Shown one piece after another: positions 49,078-54,368 of a stretch of DNA of 64,000 nucleotides (positions are counted from its first letter, which is position 1; each line of letters starts with the position of its first letter). This DNA comes from Bacteroidetes bacterium UBA1941. GTDB lineage: Bacteria; Bacteroidota; Bacteroidia; Chitinophagales; LD1. Both the position numbers and the translations under genes were made by a program. Under the pieces are notes generated by a model. The model ran no database searches, was not told where the DNA came from, and saw only the letters and a program-made list of their open reading frames with translations. The stretch is taken from assembly GCA_002336805.1 (NCBI GenBank), contig DDEZ01000011.1:130228-194227 (forward strand), in the 5' to 3' direction.

Positions 49078-49107
49078 AAAAAATCCCGGCCTTCAGGGGA
49101 CCGGGAT
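49078..49107 (-). terminator. Rho-independent terminator of the rplU-rpmA operon
   Basis: The minus strand reads ATCCCGG...CCGGGAT followed by T6. Lies 30 nt after the rpmA stop. Confidence 0.7.
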
Positions 49108-49136
49108 CTGTATAATATCTTTAAGACAGGGTTGGC

Positions 49137-49400
49137 TTATGCCTCTGCTGTAGGTACTACGTGTACGAAGCGGCGGTCGTTTGCGCCCTTGCTGAACTTG
49201 ACTACGCCGTCTACTACTGCAAAGATCGTGTGATCTTTGCCCAGCATCACACCGTTGCCCGGGTGGTATGCTGTACCACGCTGACGTACGATGATATTGC
49301 CACTGTAGGCCTCCTGGCCACCGTATATCTTAATACCGAGGCGCTTGCTATGTGATTCGCGGCCGTTCTTTACTTTACCTTCCCCTTTTTTATGTGCCAT
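49137..49400 (-). CDS. rpmA: 50S ribosomal protein L27
   Basis: MAHKKGEG...NGR.S..KRLG.K..GG...[12 protein letters not shown]. Confidence 0.95.
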   Translation of the reverse strand: MAHKKGEGKVKNGRESHSKRLGIKIYGGQEAYSGNIIVRQRGTAYHPGNGVMLGKDHTIFAVVDGVVKFSKGANDRRFVHVVPTAEA

Positions 49401-49436
49401 GACTTGGTTTCTCCTGTGTCTTTAGTTATAATAAAA

Positions 49437-49745
49437 TTAAGCAACGCTGTCTACGCTGATCTGGGTCAGAGCCTGACGGTGTCCGTTCAGCTTCTTGTAG
49501 CCCTTGCGCCTTTTCTTCTTGAAAATGACCACTTTGTCACCTTTCAGGTGCTTAAGGATAGTGGCCGATACAGCTGCACCAGCTACGGTAGGGACACCTA
49601 CGTTTACTGCGCTGCCATTGTCAGTGAGGAGGACCTTGTCAAAGGTCACTTTGTCTCCCTCGTTGCCTTCGAGCCTGTGGACGTAGAGCTTCTTGCCTGC
49701 TTCGGCCTTAAACTGCTGTCCTGCTATTTCTACGATTGCGTACAT
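49437..49745 (-). CDS. rplU: 50S ribosomal protein L21
   Basis: [13 protein letters not shown]...[15 protein letters not shown] at 49745 chosen inside the longer ORF. Confidence 0.95.
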   Translation of the reverse strand: MYAIVEIAGQQFKAEAGKKLYVHRLEGNEGDKVTFDKVLLTDNGSAVNVGVPTVAGAAVSATILKHLKGDKVVIFKKKRRKGYKKLNGHRQALTQISVDSVA

Positions 49746-49766
49746 TACTTTACTATTTTGGGACTG

Positions 49767-49774
49767 CAAATGTA
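49767..49774 (-). promoter_or_regulatory. Bacteroidota-type -7 promoter box
   Basis: Exact TACATTTG on the minus strand, 21 nt upstream of the rplU ATG. Confidence 0.4.
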
Positions 49775-49870
49775 GTCTTTTGCCGCAAATAAACAAAAGG
49801 TGGGTGGATTTTTGTTTTGGGATGCGGTTTTTGCTGGTTTATCCGGTATCCTCCGGGTGCCGCTCACCAT

Positions 49871-50653
49871 CTACTGCTGCGTATATTGATAGGTCAGGGA
49901 GTCGGTAGCTGAGCCTTCTGTGACATACATTTTGACAGGCAGGTTGTCGCTATTGTAGGTGTAGGTGGCTGTGACCGGGGTCACGTTGGTCACTGCTCCT
50001 GTGGTAGTATCGTACTCTGTAGACTTGGCTATGGTAAAGTTATTGGGGTAGGCAGAGTAGTAGATGAAAGCCTCTACGACATCGGAGAGGTATTTGCGGA
50101 AAAAGGATGCGAGGGGATTGACCTTATTATCATAGGCTGTATATTCCAGCTTGTTTGCCAGCTTATAGTTGCCCCCTATGTTCAGGCTTTTGGTCCTCTG
50201 TGCCAGTTTGCCATCTGTGTAGGTAAACTCAAACAGTACGTCATCAGTAGCGGGGTTTTCGTAGTTTACGGTAGCGGTATTGACAGTGTTGTCAGCGTTG
50301 AATGCAAAGACAGTGGTCTTTGTTTTTGTATTGGCCGGCTGATCGTAGGCTACTACTGAGAATATACGGCCACTGGCATCATAGTATACACTGTCTATCT
50401 CATTGAGGCTGCCGCTGATGGTGCTGGTGCGGCGTACCAGTTTGTCTCCGGAGTAGAAGAGGTCTATAGAAGATGTAGGACCATAGAGGCGGGTCAGCTT
50501 GCCCTGGGCATCAAAATCATAGTTGGTAGCTGTACTGCCCGTGCTGAGCTGGCTGATCAGGAAGGTCTTGGCTGGTTCGTTTTTCTTGCATCCTGTAGAG
50601 ACTGCTATGAGCGATAGTACGGCAAATGCAAAGGCTAGTGGTCTGATGTTCAT
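49871..50653 (-). CDS. Lipoprotein of unknown function
   Basis: 260 aa. Lipobox VSTGC. Beta-rich repetitive Y/T/D pattern. No family assigned. Confidence 0.55.
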   Translation of the reverse strand: MNIRPLAFAFAVLSLIAVSTGCKKNEPAKTFLISQLSTGSTATNYDFDAQGKLTRLYGPTSSIDLFYSGDKLVRRTSTISGSLNEIDSVYYDASGRIFSVVAYDQPANTKTKTTVFAFNADNTVNTATVNYENPATDDVLFEFTYTDGKLAQRTKSLNIGGNYKLANKLEYTAYDNKVNPLASFFRKYLSDVVEAFIYYSAYPNNFTIAKSTEYDTTTGAVTNVTPVTATYTYNSDNLPVKMYVTEGSATDSLTYQYTQQ

Positions 50654-50674
50654 TTTAGATTGGTTTTAGTACTA

Positions 50675-50682
50675 CAAATGTA
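50675..50682 (-). promoter_or_regulatory. Bacteroidota-type -7 promoter box
   Basis: Exact TACATTTG on the minus strand, 21 nt upstream of the lipoprotein ATG at 50653. Confidence 0.4.
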
Positions 50683-50779
50683 GTGAAAGACGGCCATACT
50701 ATGCCGCTACTGCGCTTAACGCTCACTGCGCACCTTGAGAAACTTGGTACAATGAGGGCTAATCTTTAACATTACTGCT

Positions 50780-51478
50780 ATGTCCGGTCTACCATCATCT
50801 GCACAGCAGGTACTGTATGCAGCCAGTTTCCAGGAGCTGGTCTCGTTGCCCTTTGGCGGTGTGGTGAATGCTGCCTGCTGGTCGCGGCAGCTGCGTGGGG
50901 ACTTTGGCGAGATAGTGCGGAAGGTGCCGCTGGAGGGCAATATCACCGTGCTGGAGGAGGAGGCGCTGCTGGCGCTGGACCTGAGCCCGGAGGGACAGGT
51001 GGCGCGCGAGGTGCTGCTGAGTGATATGCGGCTGCTCACAGACCACGGTGCCGCGCCGGTGCTGAACCTGATCCGGCACTATGACAGGGATGCGGCTGTT
51101 CCTTTCTTCCCCACAGATGTGTACTCCTGGCATGTGGACCGCGCGCCGGTACCGACGGCTACCTATCTCTGCACCTACTACGGCGCGGCGAGTGAGATCC
51201 TGCCCAATGCACAGGCCGAGCAAAAAATAATGGTGCCTGAAATACGCGCGGAGCTGTGGCAGCTCTATGGCGGTGGTGAGGAGGGCTTTGAGGAGTGGCT
51301 CAGTGAGCACTTCTATGACCTGCACTACCAGGCTGTACCAGATGCGCAGCCGGTGCAGCTGGGTACAGGCCACCTGTGGCGGCTGGCGGTAGACTGCCCG
51401 GGGAGTGGTGTGCTGCCCTGTGTGCACCGGGCGCCAGTGGAGGCCGATGGGAGGGTGAGGTTGCTGCTGATCTGCTGA
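50780..51478 (+). CDS. GC-rich hypothetical protein, DUF1826-like (tentative)
   Basis: 232 aa. Strong G/C at third codon positions in this frame only. Motifs SWHVDRAP...YLCTYYGAASE...VHRAP...RLLLI are recalled from DUF1826. Confidence 0.5.
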   Translation: MSGLPSSAQQVLYAASFQELVSLPFGGVVNAACWSRQLRGDFGEIVRKVPLEGNITVLEEEALLALDLSPEGQVAREVLLSDMRLLTDHGAAPVLNLIRHYDRDAAVPFFPTDVYSWHVDRAPVPTATYLCTYYGAASEILPNAQAEQKIMVPEIRAELWQLYGGGEEGFEEWLSEHFYDLHYQAVPDAQPVQLGTGHLWRLAVDCPGSGVLPCVHRAPVEADGRVRLLLIC

Positions 51479-51488
51479 CGGCTGATAC

Positions 51489-51574
51489 TTGTCGCGGAAC
51501 TAAGTTCCGCAATGTGCCTGGTAGGGAGTATGCGCTTTGTGTGAGGCACGGAACTAAGTTCCGCGCCAGTGGGG
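51489..51574 (+). repeat. REP doublet A (BIME-like composite of two palindromic REPs)
   Basis: Cores GCGGAACTAAGTTCCGC (51494-51510) and CGGAACTAAGTTCCG (51549-51563). About 85-90% identical over ~85 nt to array C (53471-53560). Confidence 0.85.
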
Positions 51575-51580
51575 GATTAA

Positions 51581-51604
51581 GGTTCAAGCGAGTAAGCTTG
51601 AACC
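51581..51604. terminator. Perfect 9-bp stem-loop between convergent genes (possible bidirectional terminator or REP-associated hairpin)
   Basis: GGTTCAAGC-gagtaa-GCTTGAACC. No flanking T-tract. Confidence 0.35.
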
Positions 51605-51619
51605 AGCGCGAGAACCTAG

Positions 51620-52165
51620 TTAATAACTCTCAGCAATAAAGTTATTTCTATCAATGTTATCTATTATCAAGCTTTCGATATGGTGGGGCATTTCACATTG
51701 ATATTCGCTTGCGGAATATGTGCATCTCGGACATTCAAAATTGGGACCAAAACTAGTTTTGTATTGTATCATGGTAGTAGTACATTTTGGACAATGAGCA
51801 GTTAATTGAGTTATTTGCCACCCTGAATTTGTGTGCTTCCATTTCCAACTCCACTTCCAATTTTTTAAGACTCCTTCCGTATAATTCAAAAATTTAGGCA
51901 AGGGTGGGGTTTGTGGTTGTGAAAATCGCCGGAGAATTACTATGAATACAAGTATAGCAGCTGCACTAGAGAGAACCCACCATAATTTTATTTCAAAAGA
52001 TAACACCCGAGTAAGGGTCTTTATAAGGTAGTTTGAAACTAAAATGAAAGTTGTTCCAAGAGGAAGTTCTTTTATATAATCGTGAATTATAGGGATAAGT
52101 GAACCTACCACAGCAGGTATAATTCCTAATGCTAATGGCGATTTTATCCACGAATCCTTTTTCAT
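51620..52165 (-). CDS. AT-rich ORF: TM-anchored protein with a Pro-rich linker, Trp/Lys-rich segment and C4 zinc ribbon; unknown family
   Basis: 181 aa with 2-3 N-terminal TM helices. Then QPQTPPLPKF, WKWSWKWK, CPKC-x16-CPRC and a following CEMPHH. About 30% GC. Lies 12 nt downstream of the preceding ORF. Confidence 0.6.
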   Translation of the reverse strand: MKKDSWIKSPLALGIIPAVVGSLIPIIHDYIKELPLGTTFILVSNYLIKTLTRVLSFEIKLWWVLSSAAAILVFIVILRRFSQPQTPPLPKFLNYTEGVLKNWKWSWKWKHTNSGWQITQLTAHCPKCTTTMIQYKTSFGPNFECPRCTYSASEYQCEMPHHIESLIIDNIDRNNFIAESY

Positions 52166-52177
52166 TTCCGACCAATA

Positions 52178-52738
52178 TTAAATATCAAATGTTTCGGTAC
52201 CTATTTGCTTGTCAATCTCTTGAATTCTTTCATCAACCATATTGAGTTCTATATGATGTTTATTCAAGGACAAAAGCAAATCCCTTTTCTTTATGTGAGC
52301 AAGTAGATATGCAAACGTCGATTCGTAAATGCTCTCAAATATTTCTTCTAATCCGACTAGCTTATTCTTTATTAATAGACAAGCACCCGCGGTTAAAACA
52401 CCAACTAAACTCCATGTTTCTAATAGTCCAGAAATATTGCATGGGACAAGATTATATTTCGTCAAAAAGTAAAAAAATCCTAATGATAACAGCAATAATA
52501 TTGTAACAAGGAGGTTGCCTAATACCCGAGAAATTTGAAGTAATCTTGACTTCAGGTTTTCCTTCGAAGAAATCAATTTATACAGTTTGGTGTATCGATT
52601 AGCTAGTAGATCTCTTTCTTTTATTAAAGTCTCTTTTATACAATTCGAAGAATTTTGATAACAATAGACTACGTACACTATTATCAATAAAATGACTAGG
52701 AATAACACGGTGTTGCGGAAAGAGTAATCGGTATTCAT
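52178..52738 (-). CDS. AT-rich ORF: 3-TM membrane protein with helical cytoplasmic segments; unknown family
   Basis: 186 aa. Hydrophobic helices at roughly residues 10-27, 72-95 and 105-125. Predicted helical/coiled segments lie between them and at the C-terminus. Confidence 0.6.
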   Translation of the reverse strand: MNTDYSFRNTVLFLVILLIIVYVVYCYQNSSNCIKETLIKERDLLANRYTKLYKLISSKENLKSRLLQISRVLGNLLVTILLLLSLGFFYFLTKYNLVPCNISGLLETWSLVGVLTAGACLLIKNKLVGLEEIFESIYESTFAYLLAHIKKRDLLLSLNKHHIELNMVDERIQEIDKQIGTETFDI

Positions 52739-52810
52739 ATAAATTTATAGAGAATAAAAGTACAAATTGATTTTTCTAAAATATAGAGCTTTGTTTTTTG
52801 TTTACAAGTT

Positions 52811-52883
52811 CCCCTACTGGCGCGGAACTTAGTTCCGTGCCGAAGCTGGGCGCAAGCTTAACGGCGGAACTTAGTTGCGCGAG
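52811..52883 (-). repeat. REP doublet B (inverted relative to A and C)
   Basis: CCCCTACTGGCGCGGAACTTAGTTCCGTG is the reverse complement of the A2/C2 unit (CACGGAACTAAGTTCCGCGCCAGTGGGG). The second core at 52864-52880 is degenerate (GTTGCGC). Confidence 0.85.
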
Positions 52884-52917
52884 TAAAGTTGCTTTCTTAA
52901 AAGTATTATATTTAAGT

Positions 52918-53466
52918 ATGAGCGACAAATGGAAAGTGCGTGATAATGCGGAGCCTTATTTTGTGACTTTTGCGGTCAATGGATGGATAGATGTTTTTAC
53001 ACGCAATCTTTACCGCAATATTTTCTGTGAGAGTATAGCCTATTGTCAGGAGCACAAAGGACTGGAGCTATATGCCTGGGTGCTGATGACCAACCATGTG
53101 CATATGATCATCGGCTCGGCCGGAGAACGCGCTATAAGTGATATTGTACGCGACTTGAAAAAATATACTTCGGTACACATCGTGAGGGCAGTGATCGCTA
53201 ATGATCAGGAGAGCCGTAAGGAGTGGATGCTTCAGATATTTGGCCAATCAGCGACTGATAGTGCGAAGCATGATAAGTTCCTTTTCTGGCAGGAGCAGTA
53301 CCATCCTATACAGCTATCTGATGCTACGATCTTCAAACAGAAAATGGATTACATTCATGATAACCCGGTTCGTGCTGGGTTTGTATCCGAGCCGGAGCAT
53401 TATCTGTATAGCAGTGCTATAGATTTTTGTGGTGGTAAGGGGTTGTTGAGGTTGGAGCCTGTGTAG
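52918..53466 (+). CDS. REP-associated tyrosine transposase (RAYT; IS200/IS605 TnpA-like HUH Y1 enzyme)
   Basis: HUH motif in LMTNHVHMIIG, catalytic Tyr context MDYIHDNPVRAG, and a family-typical N-terminus MSDKWKVRD..PYFVTF.V.GWIDVFTR. ATG at 52918 chosen inside the longer ORF that reads through REP B. Confidence 0.85.
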   Translation: MSDKWKVRDNAEPYFVTFAVNGWIDVFTRNLYRNIFCESIAYCQEHKGLELYAWVLMTNHVHMIIGSAGERAISDIVRDLKKYTSVHIVRAVIANDQESRKEWMLQIFGQSATDSAKHDKFLFWQEQYHPIQLSDATIFKQKMDYIHDNPVRAGFVSEPEHYLYSSAIDFCGGKGLLRLEPV

Positions 53467-53470
53467 GCGA

Positions 53471-53598
53471 TGTGTCGCGGAACTAAGTTCCGCAAATGTT
53501 CCTGATGTTGAGTATGCGCTTTGTGTGAGGTACGGAACTAAGTTCCGCGCCAGTTGGGGCTTTGTGTGAGGTACGGAACTAAGTTCCGAGCCGAAGCT
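53471..53598 (+). repeat. REP array C (three REP units)
   Basis: Cores at 53477-53493, 53533-53547 and 53574-53588. The unit CTTTGTGTGAGGTACGGAACTAAGTTCCG is duplicated in tandem. The right flank GCCGAAGCT is shared with array B. Confidence 0.85.
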
Positions 53599-54187
53599 CT
53601 GTTATAGTCCCCGATATCTTCTTTATTTTTATGCTACTGTTATCTTCTTCGTAGGATAAATGGAATTTGTCTAAAACCCTTATGAAATCTTGAATATAAC
53701 TCAGTGAAGTTTTCTTTGTTTCACTTTCACGCTCAAAATCGAATGTTCCAAAATGTTCCTTAACAACTAGATAGTAATCACCCATATCAAAGGGATAGGG
53801 ACTCGGAGATATTGATCCTTCATATCCAATAAGACTGATTATATGAAAAATTAAATTCTTTTCTACGACACCCCAATCTTTCAACTCATTGTACCAGTCA
53901 GCGTTACTATATGTTTCATCACGCTCCAGTTCTTCCTGCGAGAAATAATTAAGTAAATTTCCCTCAGGAGACATGAAATGATGAAAATAAATTTGTTCAG
54001 TCTGCTTGTTTGCAAGGGTAATTTCCTCTCCTCCGTTATTTATGTATTTAATATGCCCCGTCTCTTTATATTCTGGTTGATATGAATTGTAAAGTACAAA
54101 GCGGTCATTTTCATGAATCTTTTGAAGCAATGTATGCAATCCATATTTAAGTTTAGCTGCTTGTAGGGCTTTCTCGTCTATGTTCAT
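53579..54187 (-). CDS. AT-rich ORF: soluble acidic protein of unknown family
   Basis: 202 aa with no TM helix. The last ~5 codons and the stop codon (…ELRLGT*) are read from REP unit C3 and its flank. Confidence 0.55.
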   Translation of the reverse strand: MNIDEKALQAAKLKYGLHTLLQKIHENDRFVLYNSYQPEYKETGHIKYINNGGEEITLANKQTEQIYFHHFMSPEGNLLNYFSQEELERDETYSNADWYNELKDWGVVEKNLIFHIISLIGYEGSISPSPYPFDMGDYYLVVKEHFGTFDFERESETKKTSLSYIQDFIRVLDKFHLSYEEDNSSIKIKKISGTITELRLGT

Positions 54188-54368
54188 ATTATTATTTTCC
54201 TGCCTAACAATGAAACTGTGTAAGAGACACGCGTAGGCCTAAGGTAACACAAAGATTCCTCTTTCATCTTGAGGCGCTCGCCTTCCTCGCCTCCCGGTAA
54301 TAACGCACGACACAGGTAGCTTATTTTTTCCTCTAATACACCTCCCTTGCTTTTCTTACCTTCACCCC

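Larger units (their letters stand above)
52811..53598 (+). mobile_element. REPtron: RAYT-type transposase gene bracketed by inverted REP arrays
   Basis: Array B (inverted) lies 35 nt upstream and array C (direct, 3 REPs) 5 nt downstream of the HUH transposase ORF. A sampled line of the transposase gene has host-like GC (about 50%), while the flanks are about 30% GC. Confidence 0.75.

Noticed and set aside
50716-51587. Minus-strand ORFs (50716-51039, 50795-51427, 51300-51587) in the GC-rich segment
   Set aside because: High GC suppresses stop codons in all frames. Only the plus frame (50780-51478) shows G/C enrichment at third codon positions and plausible motifs. The 51300-51587 ORF also reads through the REP doublet.
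51581-51604. GGTTCAAGC hairpin considered as a tRNA T-arm remnant or att site for the island
   Set aside because: There is no acceptor stem, anticodon arm or cloverleaf context. No integrase gene was found, and no matching direct repeat was found at the other island edge (about 54.2 kb).
51489-53598. Repeated ~17-nt units considered as a possible CRISPR array
   Set aside because: The units are short palindromes in both orientations, with irregular spacing of 38 nt to over 1 kb. They number only seven, and they flank a RAYT-type transposase. This fits REP/BIME elements, not CRISPR, and no cas genes are present.
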